DNA of 64,000 nt from the NCBI GenBank assembly GCA_047947195.1, contig CP170458.1, positions 2,727,122-2,791,121 on the forward strand. The letters run 5' to 3'. Under the pieces are notes generated by a model. The model was not told the DNA's origin. It was given only the letters and a program-made list of their open reading frames with translations, and made no database searches. The DNA comes from Bacteroidota bacterium (GTDB lineage: Bacteria; Bacteroidota; Bacteroidia; Cytophagales; Cyclobacteriaceae). Within the stretch, counting starts at the first letter, position 1. Each line of letters opens with the position of its first letter. The translations under genes were made by a program, and so were the position numbers. Positions 1 to 10,028 of this stretch are shown one piece after another.

Positions 1-1
1 A

Positions 2-715
2 AAGGCTACCAAGCATTCTGAGGTGGATACAACGCCGAACGTATGGAAATCATATAAGCCTTCAGACAAACCTGCTGAAGCGAAGGAAGAAAAGGCTTCT
101 GAACCCAAATCGTCAACTAAATCCGGGACTACAAAAAAAGCCCCAGCAAAATCAACGAAAGCAGCAACTGCTAAGAAGTCAACCACTTCCACTACCAAAA
201 CCGGAGCAGCAAAAAAGACAACTACAAAGAAAAAGCCAGCGACTAAATCAACTACCAAATCAACGGCTGCCAAGACTAAGGCAAGCAGCACCACAAAATC
301 TGCAAGTAAAACCACAGCGAAAAAGACCACTGCAAAAAAGGCGACTACAAAAGCAAGCACGAGTAAATCTTCTACTAAAACAAGTGCTAAAAAAAGTGCT
401 GGTAGGACCTCCAGGTCTTCCAAATCAGCCAGTTCCACAAAAAAGGATGACAGTGATAGCGACAATCAGCGTGAGCTGATCGATCAATTCATCAAAGCCA
501 ATCCGTCATTCAAGCCATCCAGGGATGCTAAAAATATTGAGGATCTTTCATCAGAAAGTACCTCCCTTCATGATGATCTGGCATCTGAATATCTGGCTGA
601 AATATTTATGGGTCAGGGGAAAAAAGATCAGGCAATAAAAATATACAATTCATTGATGTTGAGATTCCCTGAAAAAAAGGCTTACTTTGCGGGCAGAATT
701 AAAAAAATCAAGTAG
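2..715 (+). CDS. Lys/Thr/Ser/Ala-rich low-complexity protein with a C-terminal TPR-like helical segment. It is 5'-partial: the frame is open back to the window edge.
   Basis: The frame is open from nt 2 (KATKHSE precedes the GTG at 23). About 150 aa is built from KKxT/TTK/AKK repeats. The C-terminus (YLAEIFMGQGKKDQAIKIYNSLMLRFPEKKAY) looks like a single TPR-like motif. It ends 3 nt before secG. Confidence 0.5.
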   Translation, partial: KATKHSEVDTTPNVWKSYKPSDKPAEAKEEKASEPKSSTKSGTTKKAPAKSTKAATAKKSTTSTTKTGAAKKTTTKKKPATKSTTKSTAAKTKASSTTKSASKTTAKKTTAKKATTKASTSKSSTKTSAKKSAGRTSRSSKSASSTKKDDSDSDNQRELIDQFIKANPSFKPSRDAKNIEDLSSESTSLHDDLASEYLAEIFMGQGKKDQAIKIYNSLMLRFPEKKAYFAGRIKKIK

Positions 716-717
716 GG

Positions 718-1101
718 ATGTACGCTTTAATTGTTGGAATCATCATTTTAGTAGCATTATTGCTTATATTGGTAGTATTAGCCCAGAATCCAAAAGGTGG
801 AGGGCTCTCAAGTCAATTTGGTGGAGGTGGAACTTCTCAGATCATGGGAGTAAAGAAAACCGGGGATATACTGGAAAGACTTACCTGGGGATTTGCTATA
901 GCCCTATTGGTTTTAACACTTTCTACAAATTTCTTCCTTTCTGATGCACAAAGCTCCGGAGGTCCTAGCAGCCCAAACCTGGATAATGCCAGAGATAACT
1001 CTGCTTTACCTCCCCCATCGTTTCAGCCTACAGATGCAGCTGGTGACAATGGTCTGGAAGGCCTCGAAGATCTTCAGTTAGATTCAGATACAGCACAGTA
1101 A
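718..1101 (+). CDS. secG: Preprotein translocase subunit SecG, with an acidic C-terminal extension.
   Basis: The N-terminal transmembrane helix is followed by the Gly-rich loop (NPKGGGLSSQFGGGGTSQ) and a second transmembrane helix, as is typical of SecG. There is about 50 aa of extra Pro/Asp-rich tail. Confidence 0.75.
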   Translation: MYALIVGIIILVALLLILVVLAQNPKGGGLSSQFGGGGTSQIMGVKKTGDILERLTWGFAIALLVLTLSTNFFLSDAQSSGGPSSPNLDNARDNSALPPPSFQPTDAAGDNGLEGLEDLQLDSDTAQ

Positions 1102-1104
1102 AAT

Positions 1105-1818
1105 TTAAGCAGCTGACAGATGTCTGACCAATAGCCTTTTGGCAATTGGTAAAACAGTCTGTGAGACCGGGAAATTCAATTTACTTACCACCAGATAGGT
1201 AGCTGGATTGGGCATGAAGGTGTATTTCTTCACCAGTCCCAACTTAATACTCTCAAATGTTCTGGAAATTGAATACATCTCCTGACCAATATACTCTGTG
1301 CTGATTGCCCTATAGTTCTCGTCAGCCTTTTCGAACATCTTCACCTGGTACCTGAATATATTTACATCACTGGTAGCATCCTGATTAATCATCAGGTAGC
1401 CCTCTTCTTTATAGATTGGGATTAATCCTATGGGAGTAAATTCCAGGTTTCTTTCAACAAATTCATACAACTCTTTTCCTTCATCGATCCGTTGTTCCAT
1501 CTTGGGAATGGCAAAGGAAATGATATCCTCAATCTCCCCCATTACTTCTCCGTCGTAAACCAGTTTCTTATAACTAAACTTAAGCTTCTTAAAGTCTGCT
1601 CTTGTGATCGTCTTGGGAAAGGACTCATAAATGAGCTCCTTATTGGCTTTGACCTGTAAAAGGTTTTTATAATGAAAGACAAGATCAGATAAGAATGGAT
1701 AAAGTTCTGTCTGATCAAACTTCTCTCTAATGGTTTTTAAATAGGCTAACAGAATGTATTTCTTAAACTCATAATCGATGATCCCATCTGTTAACCAATC
1801 ATGCTTCAATTCATTCAT
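1105..1818 (-). CDS. Hypothetical conserved protein of 237 aa.
   Basis: A long ORF with coding-like composition and no recognisable motif. It is divergent from groES. Confidence 0.45.
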   Translation of the reverse strand: MNELKHDWLTDGIIDYEFKKYILLAYLKTIREKFDQTELYPFLSDLVFHYKNLLQVKANKELIYESFPKTITRADFKKLKFSYKKLVYDGEVMGEIEDIISFAIPKMEQRIDEGKELYEFVERNLEFTPIGLIPIYKEEGYLMINQDATSDVNIFRYQVKMFEKADENYRAISTEYIGQEMYSISRTFESIKLGLVKKYTFMPNPATYLVVSKLNFPVSQTVLPIAKRLLVRHLSAA

Positions 1819-2047
1819 ACTAATCCTTATTTAAAATTATTTATTAAAATAATCATGATTCTCGAAAATGGCAAACTGTCAGGGGCTGTCACACTATAAA
1901 AAGTTGACCTGATATTTTGTCAGTATTTCCTGTCAAAAACAGCCAAAAACCACTCAATTCCCAATCTGGCACATTAAGTGATAGAATGTCATCCGTTGAA
2001 CAATTCAAGTTTAGAACAGATACTTAAACAAATAAACGATTAAACAC

Positions 2048-2326
2048 ATGTCAAAAGTTAATTTCAAACCATTAGCCGACAGGGTTCTGGTTGAGCCGGC
2101 TGCAGCTGAAGAGAAAACTGCCTCAGGGATCATTATTCCTGACACAGCGAAAGAGAAGCCTCAAAAGGGCGCGATTGTAGCTATTGGTACTGGTAAGAAA
2201 GATGAACCACTTAACGTAAAAGTTGGAGACCAGGTACTTTATGGTAAATACTCAGGAACAGAGATCACTATCGATGGCACTGAATATTTGATCATGAAAG
2301 AGGCTGACATTTACGGAATTATTTAA
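2048..2326 (+). CDS. groES: Co-chaperonin GroES.
   Basis: A 92 aa protein beginning [11 protein letters not shown], with a mobile-loop-like segment. It lies directly upstream of groEL. Confidence 0.95.
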   Translation: MSKVNFKPLADRVLVEPAAAEEKTASGIIIPDTAKEKPQKGAIVAIGTGKKDEPLNVKVGDQVLYGKYSGTEITIDGTEYLIMKEADIYGII

Positions 2327-2339
2327 AACCCAAAACTAA

Positions 2340-3989
<1,650 letters not shown>

Positions 3990-4012
3990 TATCATAAACT
4001 CAATATATATAG

Positions 4013-4046
4013 TACCCCGGCGGTTTTCGTCGGGGTATTTTTTTTG
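4013..4046 (+). terminator. Rho-independent terminator downstream of groEL.
   Basis: A GC stem (CCCCGGCG ... CGTCGGGG) is followed by a run of 9 T. Confidence 0.7.
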
Positions 4047-4124
4047 CCACGAATGCACTAATTAAATGTTTCAGTAGCACCAGAACCATTAGAGATAATG
4101 GTGTATAAGACTTAATTTTATTGG

Positions 4125-4466
4125 ATGGCCAAAATCATAAAGATCCCTTCTGCCTATGTGATTGATACCAAGGTGGTAGGGGTTTCGCATACCAATGAAG
4201 ATGGGACTCCCAGGCAAACGATTATAACAAGGGAGGTTGAAGAGAATGATCTGCTTACGCTCGAGCCAGAGCCAAATAATCCGTACGATCCCAATGCGGT
4301 AAAAGTCCTTTCCAAAAATGGAAATCAGATCGGCTATCTTAAAAAAGAAGTAGCTGAACAGATCTACGGTGCACTTCATAATGATATAACCATCCATGTG
4401 AAAGCTTCATGGGTCAGCGAAAGAGAGATAAAAGGTGTTGGGCTTCGAATAGAGCTGGTGAATTGA
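4125..4466 (+). CDS. Standalone HIRAN-domain protein.
   Basis: A 113 aa protein carrying GVSHTN...REPNNPYDPNAVKV...GYL, which is the hallmark HIRAN motif block (NPYDxNAI). Confidence 0.7.
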   Translation: MAKIIKIPSAYVIDTKVVGVSHTNEDGTPRQTIITREVEENDLLTLEPEPNNPYDPNAVKVLSKNGNQIGYLKKEVAEQIYGALHNDITIHVKASWVSEREIKGVGLRIELVN

Positions 4467-4494
4467 TACTCGATGTCGGCTGGAATCGTTTACT

Positions 4495-5196
4495 TTGAGT
4501 ATCATCAAAACTTTTGTTATGCTCAAAACAGGCAAGTTAATTCTGTTCATTCTCCTCATTACAGTTTGTTTAAGATCCCAAGGCCAGGGAATTTCCTTCT
4601 CCTACCTCTTCCCTACCAATGGGTATCTTTCAGCCCCAGTCAGTCCTTTTTCATTGCGTGGTGTAGGACTGGATTTTGGTCTGGTGGGCATAGAAAGTGG
4701 TTTCACCTTATATAGTATACCCGGGTTACCCTTAGAAGACCTTCCATTTAAAAGTGATAAGCCACTGGTTGGTCCTGGTTTTGCCACTCTGGTACCACTT
4801 CAACTCTCATTAGGTGTGAAATCAAAAGCTGTTTCTTTCAAGGTTTTAGGTGGAGGCTTTGGTCTTTGGAATATTAACCCCCGAATCAATTATGGGAATT
4901 TCGATCGGGCTCTCCGGGATTTTGAAAACTGGGATGTAGCCAATTCAGATCTTTCGATGGAAAACGGTTTAGGAATTGGCTGGATGGCAGGTGTTGGTTT
5001 TGAATTTCATGTCAGCCAAAAATTTTCCTTAACAACGGATATCCAATATCTCTCAGGAAAGATCAAATCCCCTATTGACGGAATCTACCAGGGAGGCGTA
5101 GAAGGTGGAATCATTGAAACTAAACTGGCAGAATTCCCTGACGCTAAAACGCTGCTGCAGGGAATTGAAATCTCATTAGGGGTGAATATGAATTAG
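4495..5196 (+). CDS. Putative secreted or outer-membrane beta-barrel-like protein. The start may be the internal ATG at 4519.
   Basis: A signal-peptide-like MLKTGKLILFILLITVCLRSQG is followed by alternating hydrophobic beta-strand-like segments, and the protein ends in an aromatic residue near the C-terminus. Confidence 0.45.
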   Translation: MSIIKTFVMLKTGKLILFILLITVCLRSQGQGISFSYLFPTNGYLSAPVSPFSLRGVGLDFGLVGIESGFTLYSIPGLPLEDLPFKSDKPLVGPGFATLVPLQLSLGVKSKAVSFKVLGGGFGLWNINPRINYGNFDRALRDFENWDVANSDLSMENGLGIGWMAGVGFEFHVSQKFSLTTDIQYLSGKIKSPIDGIYQGGVEGGIIETKLAEFPDAKTLLQGIEISLGVNMN

Positions 5197-5199
5197 ATA

Positions 5200-6681
5200 T
5201 CAATCCACATCTCCCATCAATTTTTTAATTGGTTTGTAGAAGATTAAGAAAAAGACTCCACAGCCAGCACCAAACAGCACAACCGACATAAACAATGAAG
5301 GCATTTCCTGGACATTGGATGGATCAAAGCCTCCAGCAAATAAGCCTGCAATCAAATTACCTAAGGCTGTAGCAACGAACCATATTCCCATCATCTGACT
5401 GTAATATTTCCGGGGCGCCAGTTTAGTTGTGGCACTTAGTCCTACTGGACTTAAAGTCAGTTCTCCTGTCGTATGAAAAAGATAAGTAACCATAAGCCAA
5501 CCCATGCCGGCCAGCTGACCTGAGACAACAACTTTAGCAGCAAAATACATAACCAAAAAGCCGATAGCCATCATGACCAGACCAAAGGCAAATTTGACGG
5601 GTGTATGAGGATTCATCTGCCTGGCAGCTAACCTGATCCATAACGAGCCGAATACAGGGGCTAGAATGATTATGAAGAGGGGGTTAAAGTTCTGAAGTAT
5701 CCCGGCTGGTAGTTCATACCCTAAAAACATTCTGTCAGTATAATCGCGCGCAAAAAGGTTCAAAGTTGATCCCGCCTGCTCAAATCCAGCCCAGAACAAT
5801 GCAGCTCCAATGAACAAGAGGAAAATCACAAAAACCTGCTTAAGCTCGGACTTAGAGAGACCACCTGAAATAAAAATGTTGGCAAAATAAATCAGTGTAA
5901 TCACCACGATGAGTATTCCAGCACTCTCAGCTATACCCCTGGCTGTTCCCAGATCTACCAAATTAAAATACTGCAGAACAAAGATCAATACGACTGCCAG
6001 TGCAGCCATTAAATAGCCAAAATTATTGTTCTTTGATCCTTCAGCTTTTTTAGTATTTGCTTTTAACTCTCCTATTCCCGATAAGGTGCCAATTGTCAAT
6101 CTATATTGAACAAGTCCTAAAAACATCCCTACTGCAGCGGCGCCAAATCCCATGTGCCAGTCCACCTTTTCACCGAGGATACTCACTACTGTCTGTCCAA
6201 GCAATGAACCTATATTGATACCCATATAAAAAATACTAAAGCCAGCATCTCTCCTTGCCCCTTTATCTTCTTTATAAAGATCACCAACTATCGAACTGAT
6301 ATTGGGTTTCAGTAAACCTGTTCCCATTGCCACCAAAGCAAGACCTGCAAAGAAAATATGAGTTGATCCAGGAATGGCCAAAACCAAATGGCCGCACATA
6401 ATCAGGATACCCCCATACCAAATAGCCTTCTGCTGACCAAAAAGATTATCCGCCAGCCAACCCCCAGGTAAGCAAAGCAGATAGACAGCTCCGGTATACA
6501 TCCCATAGACGGCTGCAGATGTTTCAATATCTAATCCCAACCCCTCCTGAGCAGCAGGAGTGGTCATGAAGAGAATAAGGATCGCTCTCATACCATAATA
6601 ACTGAAACGTTCCCACATCTCAGTGAAAAATAAGGTCGCCAACCCACCAGGATGACCGAAAAATGTCTTGTACTGCACCAT
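5200..6681 (-). CDS. Proton-dependent oligopeptide transporter (POT/PTR2 family di/tripeptide permease).
   Basis: The N-terminus carries FFTEMWERFSYYGMRAILILFMT, which is the PTR2 signature. The protein is a 493 aa polytopic membrane protein. Confidence 0.9.
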   Translation of the reverse strand: MVQYKTFFGHPGGLATLFFTEMWERFSYYGMRAILILFMTTPAAQEGLGLDIETSAAVYGMYTGAVYLLCLPGGWLADNLFGQQKAIWYGGILIMCGHLVLAIPGSTHIFFAGLALVAMGTGLLKPNISSIVGDLYKEDKGARRDAGFSIFYMGINIGSLLGQTVVSILGEKVDWHMGFGAAAVGMFLGLVQYRLTIGTLSGIGELKANTKKAEGSKNNNFGYLMAALAVVLIFVLQYFNLVDLGTARGIAESAGILIVVITLIYFANIFISGGLSKSELKQVFVIFLLFIGAALFWAGFEQAGSTLNLFARDYTDRMFLGYELPAGILQNFNPLFIIILAPVFGSLWIRLAARQMNPHTPVKFAFGLVMMAIGFLVMYFAAKVVVSGQLAGMGWLMVTYLFHTTGELTLSPVGLSATTKLAPRKYYSQMMGIWFVATALGNLIAGLFAGGFDPSNVQEMPSLFMSVVLFGAGCGVFFLIFYKPIKKLMGDVD

Positions 6682-6843
6682 AATCTCAGGATGTTACTAT
6701 CAACAAGTATAATCAAAGATCATTTGAAAGCTGTTTTACATGGTAATAAAAATCAGCGGGTTTGTTGACGATCATCAGTGACATTAGAATTTACGAGTCA
6801 GACATTTGGTTATCAAACAAGTCAAGCACCAAACTAAGCTGTC

Positions 6844-8475
6844 ATGGAAGAATATGGTTTAAAATCAATAAAAAGCGGACTGGAGGCTGCTGGACTCAAG
6901 AAAGTTAAGGAAGCATACTGGAACCTAACCCCTGCAGAGTTAATTGAAGATGCAGTACATGATGAAGAGGGACACTTAACCGATACGGGTGCACTCATGT
7001 GCGACACAGGCGTTTTTACCGGAAGATCGCCACAGGATAGATTTATTGTTGAAGATGATATCACAAAGGACAAGGTCTGGTGGGGTAATATCAACAAACC
7101 CATTAGCCCCGAGAGTTTTGACCGAATCCATTCTAAAATGATTGGATACCTGGAAGAAAAAAAAGTCTACATCCGGGATGCTTATGCAGGTGCTGATAAG
7201 ACGCATAGGTTAAAGCTCCGGGTGATCAACACCATGGCCTGGCATAATCTTTTTTGTTACAATATGTTTATTGCACCCCCAGACTACAAGCTGCAGGACT
7301 TTGAACCTAATTTCACCATCATCTGCTGTCCTGAATTTGAAGCTGACCCGGAAACGGATGGAGTAAGACAGGAAAACTTTGCAATTATCAACCTTACCAA
7401 ACGAATGATACTCGTGGGAGGAACCATGTATTCCGGTGAAATGAAAAAGGGGATTTTTACCGTATTGAACTTCCTACTACCCACTGAAGAAAATGTCCTC
7501 CCAATGCACTGCTCAGCAAATATGGGCATCGAAAAACATGATACGGCCATCTACTTTGGACTATCAGGGACCGGTAAAACCACTCTTTCTGCGGATCCGG
7601 AAAGATTGTTGATTGGGGATGATGAACATGGCTGGACAGATCAAAATGTTTTCAATTTTGAAGGTGGTTGCTATGCCAAGGTGATTGATCTGAAGGAAGA
7701 TAAAGAGCCTGACATCTTTAATGCTATTAAATATGGGGCTATTCTGGAAAATACACGGTTCATACCTGGCACAAGATCTGTTGATTACACCAATAAGGAA
7801 GTAACAGAAAATACCCGGGTTTCATACCCAATTGAGCATATTAGGAATATTGCTAAACCATCCATTGGGGGTATACCTCATAACATTTTCTTTTTAACCT
7901 GTGATGCTTTCGGGGTCATACCACCCATTCAGCGATTGTCTAAAGGACAGGCCATGTATCACTTTATCTCAGGGTATACCTCAAAAGTTGCTGGCACAGA
8001 AGCTGGTATTACTGAACCCGTACCTGCTTTCTCAGCTTGTTTTGGTGCACCTTTCATGCCATTACATCCCACCGTTTATGCAGAAATGCTGGGTAAAAAA
8101 ATGGACGAACATAAAGTAAATGTTTGGTTAGTCAATACGGGTTGGACGGGTGGCCCGTATGGCGTTGGGTCAAGAATAAAATTGAAGTATACCAGGGCCA
8201 TGATCTCTGCTGCCCTTTCGGGAGTTTTAGACAATGTGGGTTATAGGAAACATTCCATTTTCGGAGCTGAAATTCCGCTCACATGCCCTAACGTACCAAA
8301 TGAAATTCTAAGTCCGAGAGAAACCTGGAAAAACGATCAGGCATTCTATGAAAAAGCGAATGAGCTGGCTGAAAAATTCCGTAAGAATTTTGACAAGTTC
8401 AGAGACAATGCCAGTGATGAAATCCTGGCTGGAGAACCTGTAAAAAACACCCATTTTGAATCTGTGTCTCGTTGA
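6844..8475 (+). CDS. pckA: Phosphoenolpyruvate carboxykinase (ATP).
   Basis: A 543 aa protein with the GLSGTGKTTLS kinase-1a loop and the characteristic ATP-PEPCK length. Confidence 0.93.
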   Translation: MEEYGLKSIKSGLEAAGLKKVKEAYWNLTPAELIEDAVHDEEGHLTDTGALMCDTGVFTGRSPQDRFIVEDDITKDKVWWGNINKPISPESFDRIHSKMIGYLEEKKVYIRDAYAGADKTHRLKLRVINTMAWHNLFCYNMFIAPPDYKLQDFEPNFTIICCPEFEADPETDGVRQENFAIINLTKRMILVGGTMYSGEMKKGIFTVLNFLLPTEENVLPMHCSANMGIEKHDTAIYFGLSGTGKTTLSADPERLLIGDDEHGWTDQNVFNFEGGCYAKVIDLKEDKEPDIFNAIKYGAILENTRFIPGTRSVDYTNKEVTENTRVSYPIEHIRNIAKPSIGGIPHNIFFLTCDAFGVIPPIQRLSKGQAMYHFISGYTSKVAGTEAGITEPVPAFSACFGAPFMPLHPTVYAEMLGKKMDEHKVNVWLVNTGWTGGPYGVGSRIKLKYTRAMISAALSGVLDNVGYRKHSIFGAEIPLTCPNVPNEILSPRETWKNDQAFYEKANELAEKFRKNFDKFRDNASDEILAGEPVKNTHFESVSR

Positions 8476-8502
8476 TTTTTGATGTGACAGCTTGTTTGAA
8501 AG

Positions 8503-8532
8503 AGGCGGCCCTAGTGGCCGCCTTCTTTATTT
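8503..8532 (+). terminator. Rho-independent terminator downstream of pckA.
   Basis: GGCGGCC-ctagt-GGCCGCC is a perfect 7 bp GC stem, and it is followed by TTCTTTATTT. Confidence 0.7.
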
Positions 8533-8646
8533 AATATTCTTCATGTTAGCACAATGCAAACAGAAGAATAATAAATCAGCTATTGTGATTCAGGAGTTTT
8601 ATAAGGATGATATATTTTATAACATTACGGCTCAATAAATATCCTT

Positions 8647-9021
8647 ATGAAAATAGCAATCATCGCCCATGATGGGAAAAAAGCTGAAATGGTAGCCTTT
8701 CTTTTGGAATACAAGAAATGGTTGGAGAAGGTAGATCTGGTATCTACAGGCACCACCGGATCACATGTAGAGAAAGCAGGGTTAAAAGTCCACAGATATC
8801 TATCTGGTCCACTGGGAGGTGATGCGCAGATTGCAGCTGAAGCAGCAGAGAAGAAACTGGATTTGGTCATCTTTTTCAGAGATCCGCTTGACAAGCATCC
8901 TCATGAACCAGATGTCCAAATGCTGATGCGAATCTGTGATGTGCATAATATCCCACTAGCTACCAATCCAGCAGCCGCAGGATTGATGATGGATAGTCTT
9001 TTGAAAAAAATTAAGTTATGA
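8647..9021 (+). CDS. mgsA: Methylglyoxal synthase.
   Basis: A 124 aa protein with IALIAHD-like IAIIAHDGKK, TGTTG and DPLxxHPHEPDVxxL motifs. Confidence 0.85.
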   Translation: MKIAIIAHDGKKAEMVAFLLEYKKWLEKVDLVSTGTTGSHVEKAGLKVHRYLSGPLGGDAQIAAEAAEKKLDLVIFFRDPLDKHPHEPDVQMLMRICDVHNIPLATNPAAAGLMMDSLLKKIKL

Positions 9022-10028
9022 AAAAATTAAACTGGGGAATACTTAGTACCTCTGCGTTTGCGCAAAGATCTTTTATTCCGGCAGCTCAAAAAAGTTCAGT
9101 TGCAAATGTCTATGCCATTGCCTCACGCAATTTAGATTCTGCTAAGGCAGCTGCCGAAAAGATGGGAATACCCAATGCTTACGGGAGTTATGAGGAATTA
9201 ATCGACGATGATTCAATTGATGTAATCTATAACCCGCTACCCAATCATATGCATGTGGAGTGGACAGCCAAAGCGATCCGAAAGGGTAAGCATGTCTTGT
9301 GTGAAAAACCCCTTTTCATCAATCCGGAGGACGCTGCTGAACTCATCAGACTAAGGGATGAGTATAAAGTCAAAGTTGGTGAGGCCTTTATGGTAAAAAG
9401 TCATCCTCAATGGCAAAAAGCCAGAGAATTAGTAGAGACTGGTGCCATGGGTGATGTAAGTCAATACCTGGGTACTTTCAACTACTTTAATGATGATGCA
9501 AAGAACATCCGCAATGTGGATGAGTATGGTGGTGGCGCCCTCTGGGATATTGGATGTTATACCGTAATGACTTCGCGTTACATCTTTGGTGAAAATCCAT
9601 TGAGAGCGATATCATCTATAAAAAGAGATGCTAAATTCAATACAGACATATTGAGTGCTGTAATCCTGGAATACCCCAATGACAAGAAAGCCATATTTAC
9701 AGTCAGCACACAAACAACAAAATACCAGAGAGTACACATACTAGGTACCGAAAAAGCAGTTGAGATCATGATACCTTTTAATGCACCTGATGACAGACCT
9801 TCTGTAGTCAAAGTCAACCCGGGTGACATACTATTGGAAAATATAGAAGAGATTAAAATTGATACCTGCAATCACTACATCAAGGAAGTGGACGACTTTA
9901 CCGCAGCCATTCATAACGATACCCGGGCGCCGGTAACCCTTGAGGATGCCCTGGATCATTGCAACATCATCCACGCAATCTTTAAGTCAGCGAAAACAGG
10001 CACATGGGTAGATATTCCTGCTCAATAG
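9018..10028 (+). CDS. Gfo/Idh/MocA family NAD(P)-dependent oxidoreductase.
   Basis: An N-terminal Rossmann segment (WGILSTS...) is followed by EKP and the typical C-terminal alpha/beta domain. The start overlaps mgsA by ATGA. Confidence 0.75.
   Translation: MKKLNWGILSTSAFAQRSFIPAAQKSSVANVYAIASRNLDSAKAAAEKMGIPNAYGSYEELIDDDSIDVIYNPLPNHMHVEWTAKAIRKGKHVLCEKPLFINPEDAAELIRLRDEYKVKVGEAFMVKSHPQWQKARELVETGAMGDVSQYLGTFNYFNDDAKNIRNVDEYGGGALWDIGCYTVMTSRYIFGENPLRAISSIKRDAKFNTDILSAVILEYPNDKKAIFTVSTQTTKYQRVHILGTEKAVEIMIPFNAPDDRPSVVKVNPGDILLENIEEIKIDTCNHYIKEVDDFTAAIHNDTRAPVTLEDALDHCNIIHAIFKSAKTGTWVDIPAQ

Noticed and set aside
1830-2047. A CIRCE heat-shock operator upstream of groES.
   Set aside because: I searched by eye for TTAGCACTC-N9-GAGTGCTAA and close variants and found none. 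I reported the TGTCA repeats instead.
4473-4715. An 80-aa ORF at the start of the OMP-like gene.
   Set aside because: It is out of frame relative to, and overlaps, the 233-aa ORF that has a signal peptide. It was retained only as the alternative frame.
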